A stretch of DNA of 64,000 nt. It comes from Ferruginibacter sp. Its GTDB lineage: Bacteria > Bacteroidota > Bacteroidia > Chitinophagales > Chitinophagaceae. The DNA lies in the NCBI GenBank assembly GCA_044226725.1, contig JBGAGM010000002.1, positions 115,819 through 179,818 on the forward strand. The letters run 5' to 3'. Both the position numbers and the translations under genes were made by a program. Under the pieces are notes generated by a model that was not told the origin of the DNA, made no database searches, and saw only the letters and a list, made by a program, of their open reading frames with translations. Each line of letters opens with the position of its first letter. Positions within the stretch are counted from its first letter, which is position 1. Below are positions 37,297 through 48,130 of this stretch, one piece after another.

Positions 37297-40161
37297 TTAT
37301 CTTGATGTACCGGGGTTTATTTTGCTGAGCCATCTGATCAGTGAATTTGAACTTTCAAGTGCAGGGAGACTTAGCCGGCTTTTGTTTATTTCAGTAAGCC
37401 AGTTGAAATAAATTGTTTCAAACTGCTCCATCTTCGAAAAATCGAGCCAGACAAAGAAAAGCCGGATATGCGCCGGTGTATTTTCTATAAAAGTCTTTTC
37501 AAGATAATGGCGAAATTTATCATCCTGGAACCGGGCAGGCCAGGATGGCAGAACAACCGAAAGCCGGAAACTAAAAAAATCCTCCTCCACCAGTGCATCA
37601 TTGCCATATTTTACAAGCGAAACGATGCGGCTGCCGGATTGGGTTTTCTCAGCTATTTCCACAAGGCATACCCTTAATTCTTCAAGTACACTAAGTTGTT
37701 TTTTTTCATCATCCCTGTAGTGATGCTGAATGCTGGAATAGTTGTAGTAATGAGCCGGGTCATTTTTTAATTCCAGCGGAAATTTGCAATAATGCCCGCC
37801 TTCCTTTTTCATAAATTCCGTAAACGCTGAACTACCCTTCTTTGCTGCTTCCAATATTTTTTTTATAATCTCACTTCGTTGTCCATACAAGCTGCATTCA
37901 TTGTGCCTGCACAAAATATGTCCGTGACGGTTTACAACCTTAAAACCAAAGGAAGAAATAGGTTCATTATAAGGCGGCAGCAGTAAATTGTGTTCAACCA
38001 GGTGAAACCCTTCCGATTCAATATTTATTTTCCTCAGATATTCTATAACCTTATTTCTTGCTGCGATTGCCGAAAAATAACTTGAGAATTTACCAATATC
38101 GTGTTCTTCATGCTCATTTGAATTTCTAAATTTCAACAACTGGATCTGTCCGTTATCCACAGATACTATCTGGTAGTTATCGGGATTTAGTCCATTGCAA
38201 AAAAAGGCTATGTTCATTTTTTTAAACACCAAAGGTCCGTCCAGCTGCGGCAGCTTCATGGCCTTGTCGCCTCCGGTGGAAAATTCGGGGCCGGTTCCGG
38301 CATTAAATACCGGGCTAAGTTTTTTCTGCACCCTGTTGATGGTTCCGGATTCGTTATCAAGGCCTATATAGAGCAGTGCCTGCATCAAATGCTGAAATCC
38401 GCATATCTTCATTTCATCCGGTTGCTGGTAAAAATCATATGCCTGGTTCCTGTTTCTTAGCAGCGTAACAATATTCTCCAGCAAGAACTTTTTCCATAAC
38501 AGTAACTTCGTTTTTCTTCCCTCCACTTTGTATTTATCATAGAGCTCACTGTATAATTTAAGCGGATAAATGTTGAGGTCGATATTAAATCTTGCTAATG
38601 CATGATCGAGCACCCGATGCTTTCTGTTTAAAAATGAAGTATCCGATTCAATTTTCTGCCGAAGGAAACTGATATATTCATTATCGGTGTCCTTTTTAAA
38701 TGATTCCCAGTCGCTTGTTTTTGAATTAAAGTCATTAAGTATTCTCTCAACCCCCGGGATATTGTAAACGGGTTGAAAAAAATAGGTCTGCATCTTACCC
38801 TCATCCATTGTGCATGAAAAAATATTGCTGATATTGGAAAGCTGGGCCAGGTAATTTGCCATTACCTGCTCAAAGAACATTAAATATGCTTTCAGCTGGT
38901 TTATTGCGGCAATTTCCGCCAGGCTATTACTTCCTCTGCTATTCTCAAGTTCATCAATCCTCAGCTTAAGTTTGTATATCCCCGGGAAGAGATGCTGAAT
39001 GGAGTGATATTGCTTCGTGTTACGATAGTTTCCTGATACAGGCCTTGATCCATCTTCCTGACCGATAGCACCAATTGAAGTTTTTAGCTTGGTTGTGGTT
39101 GATGCATGATCAAGTTTAATTTTTGTTTTATTAATAAGGGTTTGGTTTTTTACAGGTATCTTAAAATCATCCTGAAAAAGATTGATCTTCTTGGTTTCGT
39201 TTTCATAGTTAAAGAATAAAAAGCAATCCTTCTGGCTTTTATCTAACACAAAGGTCTCTCTTTCGTATTCCGTTCCGTTAATAATAAAAGAAAAATCTCT
39301 TACCCGCAAAACGCCGGGAATGGCCGCAATAACTTTGGCAATATCAGTAGGATCAATCAGTGTTTGTCTTGAATTTAAAACACTATCCTGCAAAAAACCA
39401 TTTTTTAAAAAGGGACCCTGATTCATTTCGGCCGATGAGTAGCCCATTTGCTTCATATCCAAAGCTGCATAGAATTTCACAGGCGGATTAAGAAAACGAT
39501 AAACAGCAACATTTATATCCGCCAGCAGGTCCTCAGCAAGCTGGTTATCTTTTACAAGTATGTTTGCTTTAATATCCACCTCAAGAGGCTCCAGGAAAAC
39601 AATTTCATTAAACAAGTCTCCTAAGTTTCTGCAACCGCTGATAAACTTGCTTATTTTCTTTTTTCCGGACGAAATTAATTTCTCAAACTCCTGTTTATTA
39701 TTATTCATCAGTGAATACCTGTATTGGATCAGCACCCGGAACAAACCCCTGCAATGATCCACTGGTATTGCAGGCACATTAGGCTCAAGCCACACATTTT
39801 CTATTTCAGGGAAAGTGTCAATGAGTAATTTCCTGAAATCATTCACTGATACAGGGTTCGTGGCCAAAATATCGCGGGGAGGGATAAAGTAATTCTTCTT
39901 ACTGTCCACTGTCCCATCATTATCAGCAAGAATATCCTCAATTTTAAATTTGGTACGATAAGCCAGATCTGTAATGGCATAACAAATATTTTCGAGTATA
40001 GTAACACCCGGATCATGCAAATTATAATCTGTCCAGGTTTCGGCTGAAAAATCCTGAGTCAATTTTATTCCAAGAGAGCGCAGGTTCTCGAAAGTCAATG
40101 CCGATTCAGCAGTTGTCTTTTTTTCTATTGTGTATTGCTCTATGTTATTTAACTTGTCCAT
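37297..40161 (-). CDS. 954-aa eCIS baseplate-region protein (Afp12/gp7-like by position)
   Basis: Tightly packed within the operon between baseplate genes and the tape-measure candidate. No motif was recognised. Confidence 0.3.
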   Translation of the reverse strand: MDKLNNIEQYTIEKKTTAESALTFENLRSLGIKLTQDFSAETWTDYNLHDPGVTILENICYAITDLAYRTKFKIEDILADNDGTVDSKKNYFIPPRDILATNPVSVNDFRKLLIDTFPEIENVWLEPNVPAIPVDHCRGLFRVLIQYRYSLMNNNKQEFEKLISSGKKKISKFISGCRNLGDLFNEIVFLEPLEVDIKANILVKDNQLAEDLLADINVAVYRFLNPPVKFYAALDMKQMGYSSAEMNQGPFLKNGFLQDSVLNSRQTLIDPTDIAKVIAAIPGVLRVRDFSFIINGTEYERETFVLDKSQKDCFLFFNYENETKKINLFQDDFKIPVKNQTLINKTKIKLDHASTTTKLKTSIGAIGQEDGSRPVSGNYRNTKQYHSIQHLFPGIYKLKLRIDELENSRGSNSLAEIAAINQLKAYLMFFEQVMANYLAQLSNISNIFSCTMDEGKMQTYFFQPVYNIPGVERILNDFNSKTSDWESFKKDTDNEYISFLRQKIESDTSFLNRKHRVLDHALARFNIDLNIYPLKLYSELYDKYKVEGRKTKLLLWKKFLLENIVTLLRNRNQAYDFYQQPDEMKICGFQHLMQALLYIGLDNESGTINRVQKKLSPVFNAGTGPEFSTGGDKAMKLPQLDGPLVFKKMNIAFFCNGLNPDNYQIVSVDNGQIQLLKFRNSNEHEEHDIGKFSSYFSAIAARNKVIEYLRKINIESEGFHLVEHNLLLPPYNEPISSFGFKVVNRHGHILCRHNECSLYGQRSEIIKKILEAAKKGSSAFTEFMKKEGGHYCKFPLELKNDPAHYYNYSSIQHHYRDDEKKQLSVLEELRVCLVEIAEKTQSGSRIVSLVKYGNDALVEEDFFSFRLSVVLPSWPARFQDDKFRHYLEKTFIENTPAHIRLFFVWLDFSKMEQFETIYFNWLTEINKSRLSLPALESSNSLIRWLSKINPGTSR

Positions 40162-40187
40162 ATCATCAATAAAAAAAATGCAGAAGG

Positions 40188-40991
40188 CTATTTCTGAAGA
40201 TTTACTTTTTCATTAAAAAGCACATCATCCCAAAGCTGGGTTATTTTATATGAAATAACGGCTCCGTTTCCGTAGTTACTGTTTGTTTTTATTTGAAGCG
40301 AATAATCATGCGTGCCGTTTGCTTTCCACCGCAGGTTAAGCTTATTCCAGAAAAAACCATAGTGAGAAGAAGTTTTCCTGATCCTTCCCCTGGAGCGGCC
40401 GAATGTTGCCAATGCAATGGCATGCAACATAGCAAACTTACCACTGCCAACGATCCCCACCCGTGCTATGATCTCGAACCCGTTGCAATGATCAAGGTTT
40501 GGTATTATAGTATGCCACCTGCCATCTGCCAGTGGCTCTTCCAGCTGTACAGGGGATTTATAAGTGCCAACACGTCCTTTCATGCCGGCAAACCCATTTG
40601 TATCCAGGTGCAAAAACGGTTCTGCTTTTTTTCCGATTCCAAATTTTCCATCATGCCCGAAATAGAATCCGGCTGACATTTTTTTGTCTGCTCTTTTTTC
40701 ATCCCCGGCACCCGGTTTAAGAATGATCGCTGAAGACTCTTCGTCTTTTTCTATCGAAAAGAAAAAATTAAAATCATTTACGTCTTTGAAAAATGAAATG
40801 AACCTTTGATATTTCTGCTCGGTAAGTTTTATTTCAAACCCATTCTGTTCAGATTTGGAGAATCCATCATCCTGGATATTGATCATCGAATCGATCAATG
40901 ATTTAAAATCGGCCTCCTTCGGAATATTTCCGTCTTTAAAAAGATTTTCCAGGTCATCCCTCGTAAGTATGTTAACCGGTCTTCCAGCCAT
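40188..40991 (-). CDS. 267-aa eCIS-associated protein of unknown function
   Basis: It lies 18 nt downstream of the gp6/J-like gene. The N-terminal LTRDDLENLFKDGNIPKEADFKSLIDS motif is unassigned. Confidence 0.3.
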   Translation of the reverse strand: MAGRPVNILTRDDLENLFKDGNIPKEADFKSLIDSMINIQDDGFSKSEQNGFEIKLTEQKYQRFISFFKDVNDFNFFFSIEKDEESSAIILKPGAGDEKRADKKMSAGFYFGHDGKFGIGKKAEPFLHLDTNGFAGMKGRVGTYKSPVQLEEPLADGRWHTIIPNLDHCNGFEIIARVGIVGSGKFAMLHAIALATFGRSRGRIRKTSSHYGFFWNKLNLRWKANGTHDYSLQIKTNSNYGNGAVISYKITQLWDDVLFNEKVNLQK

Positions 40992-41009
40992 TGCAATATT
41001 ATGTTTGCT

Positions 41010-44000
41010 TTAAAATATAAAATCAAAAGTATCGCCATCAGCCTGTGTCTCTGTTTGCGATATCCCCGGATATTCAGATACCCTATATGGGTTCATTACC
41101 AGGAACTCTTCTCCAATTGCCAGCCGGCCAATACCAGATCTTGATTTTATCAGTTTATCAATATTTTGTGCATTTGCTTCAATCAGTTCTTCATCCAAAA
41201 CAGTTATCATGTGCTGCCTGGATGAGATTAAAATTGCCCCCGGCCTGGATCCCTTTAAGATGAGCTTCATGTTGTGATCCGGCACTTTAGGTTCAAAAGA
41301 ACTGCTGTGAATATTCTTATTGAAATAATGAGACTCCATTAACCGGCCGCCGGTTTTGCCTGTGCCAGCATCAGTATGTTCATAAAAATGGATAACGTTA
41401 AAGCCTTTTACCATATCAACATAAACCTGGTCTTTTATAAAATTCAAAATTTCGCCGGGATAAATTCCGCTATTTGTATTTATATCAAGGTTTCGCTTGT
41501 AAAGCCACGGTGTAATAAACATCCTCAGTTCCAGGTTTAATTTTTGAACCAGCATGCCCGTATTTTCATACCGCTTCCCTTTTTTGAACCTGACACTGCA
41601 CACTACTTTTATTTTTTCATAAATGGGGTTATATACATTTACTTTTACAACAGGCGAAACGATCTCATTAAGATAACTCTGAATTTTGTAGAGACCGTAT
41701 ATGCTTATCTTAGGTTCATACAATCTGTCTGTATCACCGTTATCGGTTATATCAACTTTTGGGATAACAAATACCCTTATATTTTCCACATCCCCGCTCC
41801 CTGCATGTTGCGAGTGGCTGTTAAAACAAAGCACTTTATGCACCTGCGGAAATTGTTCCAGTATTTTTTGTGAGATATCTGTTGCAGTAATAGCCCTGTT
41901 TTTATGCCTCAAAAGCTCGCTTATTCTTGCATAATACTGATTGGCAGTTTCTGATATTTGCCCGTGGTATGAAGGAAAAGGCTGATGAATTTCCTTTATC
42001 TCCGGGATCTTCCTGGAAAGTTCTTTTACACAATCCGGTTCCATACTAAGTGCTTCTTTAATCTCCTCATTGCCAATATGCCTTACCACGGTGGCCACCT
42101 GTGTAAAAATGGCCTTCACCCTTGATCCGTTCTTGTTATTCCCCGAAATCCTTATCCAGTAGTAAGCTGGGTCAAATAAGCTATTGCCATTGCTGATATT
42201 TTCCGGCAGCAATAGTTTTACTGTTCCGGTTCCTTTAAACCCGTAAGTATTATCTTCCAGTATATTTTCCCTGTCTATCACTTCCCATTTATTCCTGCGC
42301 AGAAAATGCCAGTTAAATGGCTGGATATTCTTTTCCAGTTCATCATAGTTGTTTTCTTCCAGTTGAAACAGAAATGTGATTACCTTACCTGGGGTCACAT
42401 CCTGCAATCCTATGTACAGGTTGCACTGACTGGAAATAAAGGGAACTACTTTTACGGGCTCCTGTATCAGCTGCGGATAAACCTGCCTGTACCCAAAAGG
42501 GCATATATGAAAAAGCTCAATTTGGCCTTTTGCATCATTGCCTTTTGTGCCAGAAATGATCTCGCTATATTCCAGTTCATAATTTACCTGCACTGAATTT
42601 ACCACAGGAGCATATGGCGGATTGGGTGTTGGCTTTTGTTTAAATACATACCACTTCGAATTGTGCATCAAAACTTTCGGGAATACAACAGGGTACAACT
42701 GGTGCCCGAATGCCACAGCAGGAGCTGCCAGTTCAATCCTTACAGTGCCGGTGCCGGGCTCCGGTTCTGCCCCTGGCTTGCTTTCCAGGTTCATCTCATT
42801 ATCGAAACGTATTTTAGGGAACTGGCTTTGAGAAAGCGTTGTATAGCCTGAAAGATATTGTGAAAGCTCCTCATCATTCATACTGAAAAGGTTGATCAAT
42901 TTATCGTCCTTTTTCCTGCCCTGATCCGATCCCGCAGCGGTGGAACTAACTGAAACTTTGAACGAGTCGTTTGTGATACCGGTTTCGTATCCTGCATAGT
43001 AGGTGGTAAAACCATCCGCATTCAGTGGCAACCCATCCCATTTAAGAACAATATCAAAGGTCCTGGTAAACCTGTTAAAAATATTTGAGTTGGAAATTTC
43101 AAGATAATTGCCAATTACAGGTACGGGGCCAAATAGCTGGAAAGGGACCGTGGGGAGGGCTTTTCCATTGTTATTCTTTAATTGCAAACAGCAGCTGTTC
43201 CGAACATCAATATGGAATGAGATACGATCAATTTCGAACCATTGGAAAAAATCAAAAGGATTATGAAGCTTGTTAAAGTTGAGCATGAGCCTGATTGCAG
43301 GTTTTCTGAAACCCATATCATTGCCGTGGACTATTGGCTGATAAACACCTACTGCAGGATCATCCGTATCCAGTATGAATTTTATTTTAACCGACTGGCC
43401 TGCTTTATCAGCCGAGTAGTTAACATGATATTCTGATACCTGTATCCACTCATGAGCACCCGTTATATCAATAATGAAAGCATTGGTCAAAATTTTCCGC
43501 ACCTCTTCCCTGTTCTTAATAAAAGCAGGTTTTGAAGTTTGGTTCCCACCCCCGGATGGCTTGAGGTAAAGTGTGATATTGAATGTTCTTTTTCCATCCT
43601 CTGTTAATAAAACAGGAGAGGCTATAAGCAACCCCATTTCTGCCAGTTGCATTGACGCCTGCTCCCGGGAAAGATATTTCTGATCTTCTCCAAAAAGCGG
43701 CCAGCCCCTGTCCCGGCTTTTCTTTTTTGTAATGGCAGCGGCATCAGCAACAGGGCAAGTAGCAGAATATACCATGCAGTCCGTTATGGCTGCCTCATCA
43801 TTATTATTTTGAGAAAGTCCGTGATACCGGCTCTTTTTATAAATACTATGTAAGGCAGCTATTTTTGCACGGGTAAAAAAAGTATCCTCTTTTAGTTTAA
43901 AAACTTGTTTTTCTGCAATACCCGGCAGAGTTGCCAGAAAAGATTCTCCGGCTTCCAGTGAAAATTCGTTTATCTCCTTATTAAGATTAACTATCACAGA

Positions 44001-44897
44001 CACCTTATCCGGCTCAGGTTTCCGGGCTTCGATCTCCAGTAATTGCCGGTAATAAAAGTCAAGGTGCTTTCCCGTTATTGAATTCATTTCCTTTTTCAGA
44101 ACCTGGTATAGCTCAAAAAAAGACAGCAACATGCTTATATGCGGCTTATACCAGATCTTTTCCTGCCGGTTTTCTTTTTGAAGATAATCAACCACCATCC
44201 TGAGTTGATTATACATTATATCAAACTTAATAAACAGTGTATCAAAAATGCCTGTCACTTCAGTAACCAGCATGGCATTTTTTGGTAATTGTGCTGCGGT
44301 TATCTGCCCAAGGCTTTTCACTTCTGCTTCCCGGATAATCTGTTCAATAGCCTCTTTGTTTTTATATTGGAAATTATATGCAGGATCATTCTGAAAATAA
44401 AGTGATGCTGAATAAAAAGCTATCCTGGCTGCTTCATATTCCTTATCAAAATTTATCAGTTTTGCACAAATCAATAGCCTGGGCGCATTGGCCTCTACTA
44501 TATCCCTTTTGAATTTTTCGAATATACCATATTGAAAAAGGATGAATTCGTAAATGTGCTCAAATGTTTCCCGGAGTTCTTTATTAAATTCCTCTTCGCT
44601 GGCGAGATTCAGTAATGCATACCTGTGTTTATTATATTGAAGTTCATAGCGTTTAAAATCAAAAGCTGAAAGCAGGCGCAGTAAAAGGTTTGCATCTGAA
44701 AGAAAAAAATCAAGCCAATCCCCGTCAATTTCGTTTTTTTGATTGTAATAATTAAACTTAGCTGCAAGTTCTGTTACAAATAAAAGCAGGTCGTCAACTG
44801 ACCGCTCATCTATTTGAAAATAAGCCGGATCGAGCTGCGCCGGAAACCTGTCACGCTGGCTTATTCCATTGGTCATATATGTGTTGTTTCTGCTCAT
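41010..44897 (-). CDS. Giant (1295 aa) baseplate wedge protein, gp6/baseplate-J-like (Afp11 position)
   Basis: Follows gp25 directly, as in Afp/PVC/T4-type baseplate modules. The call rests on position and size, not on a recognised motif. Confidence 0.5.
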   Translation of the reverse strand: MSRNNTYMTNGISQRDRFPAQLDPAYFQIDERSVDDLLLFVTELAAKFNYYNQKNEIDGDWLDFFLSDANLLLRLLSAFDFKRYELQYNKHRYALLNLASEEEFNKELRETFEHIYEFILFQYGIFEKFKRDIVEANAPRLLICAKLINFDKEYEAARIAFYSASLYFQNDPAYNFQYKNKEAIEQIIREAEVKSLGQITAAQLPKNAMLVTEVTGIFDTLFIKFDIMYNQLRMVVDYLQKENRQEKIWYKPHISMLLSFFELYQVLKKEMNSITGKHLDFYYRQLLEIEARKPEPDKVSVIVNLNKEINEFSLEAGESFLATLPGIAEKQVFKLKEDTFFTRAKIAALHSIYKKSRYHGLSQNNNDEAAITDCMVYSATCPVADAAAITKKKSRDRGWPLFGEDQKYLSREQASMQLAEMGLLIASPVLLTEDGKRTFNITLYLKPSGGGNQTSKPAFIKNREEVRKILTNAFIIDITGAHEWIQVSEYHVNYSADKAGQSVKIKFILDTDDPAVGVYQPIVHGNDMGFRKPAIRLMLNFNKLHNPFDFFQWFEIDRISFHIDVRNSCCLQLKNNNGKALPTVPFQLFGPVPVIGNYLEISNSNIFNRFTRTFDIVLKWDGLPLNADGFTTYYAGYETGITNDSFKVSVSSTAAGSDQGRKKDDKLINLFSMNDEELSQYLSGYTTLSQSQFPKIRFDNEMNLESKPGAEPEPGTGTVRIELAAPAVAFGHQLYPVVFPKVLMHNSKWYVFKQKPTPNPPYAPVVNSVQVNYELEYSEIISGTKGNDAKGQIELFHICPFGYRQVYPQLIQEPVKVVPFISSQCNLYIGLQDVTPGKVITFLFQLEENNYDELEKNIQPFNWHFLRRNKWEVIDRENILEDNTYGFKGTGTVKLLLPENISNGNSLFDPAYYWIRISGNNKNGSRVKAIFTQVATVVRHIGNEEIKEALSMEPDCVKELSRKIPEIKEIHQPFPSYHGQISETANQYYARISELLRHKNRAITATDISQKILEQFPQVHKVLCFNSHSQHAGSGDVENIRVFVIPKVDITDNGDTDRLYEPKISIYGLYKIQSYLNEIVSPVVKVNVYNPIYEKIKVVCSVRFKKGKRYENTGMLVQKLNLELRMFITPWLYKRNLDINTNSGIYPGEILNFIKDQVYVDMVKGFNVIHFYEHTDAGTGKTGGRLMESHYFNKNIHSSSFEPKVPDHNMKLILKGSRPGAILISSRQHMITVLDEELIEANAQNIDKLIKSRSGIGRLAIGEEFLVMNPYRVSEYPGISQTETQADGDTFDFIF

Positions 44898-44910
44898 TCT
44901 GAAATATCAG

Positions 44911-45336
44911 CTATCCGGGCAATAAAGTGCCTTCATTAAAATAAAACGGATACACAATATTGTGCCTTGTGTTTGTTATTATGATCTTGTAATTTATTTC
45001 AATCAGAATCAGGCCATTCATGTCATCACGTCCGGCCATCCGGGAATCTATAAATATTATCCGGGGTTCAAAATTCAATAAAGCTCTTTTAAGTTCTTCG
45101 TTGATCTTTATCAATAACTCATTATCTATATTCTCGAAAGACCAATCCCTGATATAACAACCAAATTTGGGTTGCATCACCCGCTCACCGGGGTATGTAC
45201 CCAGTATGATACGTATGCTTTGCTCAATATCCTGCTCATCAGAGATCATTTCAGCCGCATTGGTAAGTTTGCTGAATACAGGGGGGAAAGCCCAGCCTGT
45301 GCCCAAAAAAGATTTCATTTTCTTTATCATGATCAT
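44911..45336 (-). CDS. Baseplate wedge protein, GPW/gp25-like (Afp9)
   Basis: The ATG at 45336 overlaps the PAAR stop (ATGA). KSFLGTGWAFPP...ISDEQDIEQSIRIILGTYPGERVMQPKFGCYIRDWSFENI is the classic gp25 lysozyme-like signature. The track ORF start at 45474 lies inside the PAAR gene and is rejected. Confidence 0.85.
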   Translation of the reverse strand: MIMIKKMKSFLGTGWAFPPVFSKLTNAAEMISDEQDIEQSIRIILGTYPGERVMQPKFGCYIRDWSFENIDNELLIKINEELKRALLNFEPRIIFIDSRMAGRDDMNGLILIEINYKIIITNTRHNIVYPFYFNEGTLLPG

Positions 45337-45635
45337 CCTCCGATTAAAACGGTTGGAAACCCTAAAACAATTGAGCCTCCGTGTGCTGTTGTATCTCCCA
45401 TCCTGGCTGCCGGCTTGCCGCAAATCATCACCGTTGCAGAGCCTTTCACTATTGAATCGGGCGGGCCAACACACACAGCACTATCTCCCAGTACAGCTGC
45501 CGGTAAATTTCCAATTAATACAGTCGGGGCACCCGGTCCTGCAATTGGGCCACCCACATGCGGTACAGGTGGCACGCCCGGTGTTACCATCGGGCAGGTA
45601 TGCATATCTGTCAATCTTGCGGCTGGTGTTCCCAT
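45333..45635 (-). CDS. PAAR-domain spike-tip protein (Afp10)
   Basis: 100 aa with PAARLTD, PAAVLGD and PAARMGD repeats. Confidence 0.9.
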   Translation of the reverse strand: MGTPAARLTDMHTCPMVTPGVPPVPHVGGPIAGPGAPTVLIGNLPAAVLGDSAVCVGPPDSIVKGSATVMICGKPAARMGDTTAHGGSIVLGFPTVLIGG

Positions 45636-45643
45636 TTATCTTT

Positions 45644-47443
45644 TTAGTTTATCATCACTATTGCGCCTTTCACTGTTGTCTGCCCCGAGGCCGAAAGCTC
45701 GGCCGTAGCGTTGCCCTTTGCCGTAATGCCCACCTGGGCGGTAGCATTCACATTCAGTCCCGACAGCGCCAGGTCCTGCTGTGCAGATGCCGAAATTTTT
45801 GCTACTGCACTGATATTGACATTCCCTTTGGCAGAAATTTTTATATCCTTGGCACTGTCGAGGATTATACCATCTGAACTTAATTTTATGCTGTTGCTGT
45901 TTTGATCCTTAATTTCTATTGATTTTCCATCATCACTAATAACAATTGAATTATTTCCCGGGGTAAGTATGCTTATATTCTTTTTCTCTTCATCAAATTC
46001 AATTTTCATATTGGTTCTTGTTACAAATGCCTTGGTATTGTTCTTTGATTCGGGTGTATATGCCGGAGCATTTTTCCCGTTGTACAATGATCCAAGTATC
46101 ACCGGAAACCTGGTATCATTATCAAGAAAGCCCAATACCACTTCATCTCCAACCTCGGGAAGAAAAAAAGACCCGGATTTATTTGATGCATAATAATGAG
46201 CCATTCGTGCCCAGGTATTATTAGGCTTTCCGGAAACGGATGGTATCTCAAGCTGTATCCGGTACAGGTTATCAGGGTCCTGGTCTATCTTCTTTACAGT
46301 ACCCAGTTGCAAGCCCTGCATGGCCGGCAACTGGCCCATTGCAGGAGGATAGGAAAACCCGGGGCTTTCATGCATCAATTCCTTATCCAGCCCAAATGAA
46401 ACCGAAGTATTCCAATTGGCAGAATCAATAGTATGTGTTACTCCCGACACGAATGCCTCTCCGCTTAATTTTTCACCCACCCCGTCAATTTCAATGATAC
46501 TGCCTGTTTTAGCAAGCCCGTTACCAAAATAACGCACATTGCCGGTAAAAGCAGTTAGCCGCTTGCGCAGCAATATATTATCAGCCCATTGTTGCAATGC
46601 AGCACTTGACATAGGTGTTGCTGAAACCACATTTAATTCACTTTGCGATAGTTTTGAAGCAAGATCCTTAGGCGCAATACTTCCCTGTGTATTAACAGAT
46701 GGCTCAGCTGCCGTGGCATTGATCAGTGCAAGTGTATTGGGATCCCAGGCCGAAGCCTTGATACCAGACGGCTGAAATTCTGCATTCAATGTTCCTTCAA
46801 AAGACATCAGTGATATTCCTGCTTCAATTTTCAATACTGCAGATGCATCCACTTTCGGCTTGTCCAATACCATTCCGGAATCACCATCGAGCGTTACAAT
46901 GAAGCCGTTAAAATCACAGCGTGACAAAACAAAATCCCAGTCGGTAGCCATTTTTTGAAACAGTACCTCATTAGTAACTGAGCAGGAACCAACGGTGCAA
47001 CTGATACCATAGTTGCCTATTATACTATTGATAACTGCATCATCTGTCTGGTTCTCAAAATACTGATCGGTCCTGTTGAAAGTCATCTTAACCGCTTCGT
47101 GTTTACAATCCAGCAGGAATGAATAATGCGTTTCAGTATCAAGCCGTACGCTGTGCTTAACAATGATTCCCTGAAACAGACTGGTGCTTTCCGATCCAAC
47201 ATATCCTGCGAATATTTGAATCTTTTTTCCGGGATCGAAATCGCTGCTGTCTGTTATGGGTATATTTCCTGAATCGATCTCCACTTCTCCAATCAGTATG
47301 ATTTCGGCAGTGGATATTCTGTTGATGGTATGATTTATATGAATTGACTGTATACCATAAGCGTCACTCATATCGGCGCCGTCCAATTTTATTTTAACAA
47401 GCAGAGCGGTATCTTCCAATCCGGTAAAAGGTGTATTTGCCAT
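45644..47443 (-). CDS. VgrG-like central spike (Afp8; gpD plus gp5 OB-fold plus beta-helix)
   Basis: A gpD-like N-terminal half is followed by the gp5/base_V motif FFLPEVGDEVVLGFLDNDTRFPVILGSLYNG. The C-terminus is a repetitive beta-helix (ISILTPGNNSIVISDDGKSIEIKDQNSNSIKLSSDG...). Confidence 0.9.
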   Translation of the reverse strand: MANTPFTGLEDTALLVKIKLDGADMSDAYGIQSIHINHTINRISTAEIILIGEVEIDSGNIPITDSSDFDPGKKIQIFAGYVGSESTSLFQGIIVKHSVRLDTETHYSFLLDCKHEAVKMTFNRTDQYFENQTDDAVINSIIGNYGISCTVGSCSVTNEVLFQKMATDWDFVLSRCDFNGFIVTLDGDSGMVLDKPKVDASAVLKIEAGISLMSFEGTLNAEFQPSGIKASAWDPNTLALINATAAEPSVNTQGSIAPKDLASKLSQSELNVVSATPMSSAALQQWADNILLRKRLTAFTGNVRYFGNGLAKTGSIIEIDGVGEKLSGEAFVSGVTHTIDSANWNTSVSFGLDKELMHESPGFSYPPAMGQLPAMQGLQLGTVKKIDQDPDNLYRIQLEIPSVSGKPNNTWARMAHYYASNKSGSFFLPEVGDEVVLGFLDNDTRFPVILGSLYNGKNAPAYTPESKNNTKAFVTRTNMKIEFDEEKKNISILTPGNNSIVISDDGKSIEIKDQNSNSIKLSSDGIILDSAKDIKISAKGNVNISAVAKISASAQQDLALSGLNVNATAQVGITAKGNATAELSASGQTTVKGAIVMIN

Positions 47444-47446
47444 GCC

Positions 47447-48130
47447 TTAATTTTTTATTGGAGGAAAATACAATTCCATTCCGGGTTCAATCGCATTAAT
47501 ATGATCAAGCCCGTTGATACCGGCAATTTGATCATAATAAGAACTGTCGCCATAAACCTGGTATGTCATCAAAGGCAAGGTATCGCCGGCCTTAACAGTT
47601 CGCCAGTGTGTAAGGTCGGGCGAGGACAATTTTGCTTCCTTTAATTTTGAATCAAAATCTGCCGTAATAAGCAATCCAAGTTTTATTTTAGCACGTAATG
47701 CAGTACCATCCGGATTAAACAAAGTATAGGTCACATCAAAGGCGTTGCAAACACACTTACTTACCATTTTGCCCCAGGATATTTTCAGATATGGCGGCCT
47801 GTGAGAGGTTCCCACATATCCGCATACCACTTTCCTGAATTTCTCGATATACCCGTCAACATCTGTATTAACATATCCCTCCACTTCCTTTTTTAATTTT
47901 ACCAGGCCGGTTCCATCCACAATGATCTCTCCCAATTCCAGCTTCTCTTCGCCTGCATTGGTAAACACATAAGTAGACTTGGGGCTCCCAACAGTCTTTG
48001 TATTTTCATAGGTCATGGCAATTTTGCTGCTGTACTGGCCGGGATTAATAAAAGCGTAAACCTTATCCAATGCACTTCCGCTGCAATCTGCATCTTTATA
48101 CGACTCTATCTTTATTTTCTTGAGCTCCAT
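47447..48130 (-). CDS. Tube-initiator / LysM-domain baseplate hub protein (Afp7-like)
   Basis: A tube-like N-terminal domain is followed by a C-terminal LysM domain (WRTVKAGDTLPLMTYQVYGDSSYYDQIAGINGLDHINAIEPGMELYFPP). Confidence 0.8.
   Translation of the reverse strand: MELKKIKIESYKDADCSGSALDKVYAFINPGQYSSKIAMTYENTKTVGSPKSTYVFTNAGEEKLELGEIIVDGTGLVKLKKEVEGYVNTDVDGYIEKFRKVVCGYVGTSHRPPYLKISWGKMVSKCVCNAFDVTYTLFNPDGTALRAKIKLGLLITADFDSKLKEAKLSSPDLTHWRTVKAGDTLPLMTYQVYGDSSYYDQIAGINGLDHINAIEPGMELYFPPIKN

Noticed and set aside
44911-45474. Track ORF start at 45474 for the gp25 gene (187 aa)
   Set aside because: The first 46 codons lie inside the PAAR gene in another frame and have no gp25 similarity. 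The ATG at 45336 forms an ATGA overlap with the PAAR stop and yields a normal-length gp25.
45167-45877. 236-aa and 178-aa plus-strand ORFs overlapping the gp25, PAAR and VgrG genes
   Set aside because: These are shadow ORFs opposite strongly supported minus-strand genes. They have low-complexity, Pro/Arg-rich translations and no motifs.
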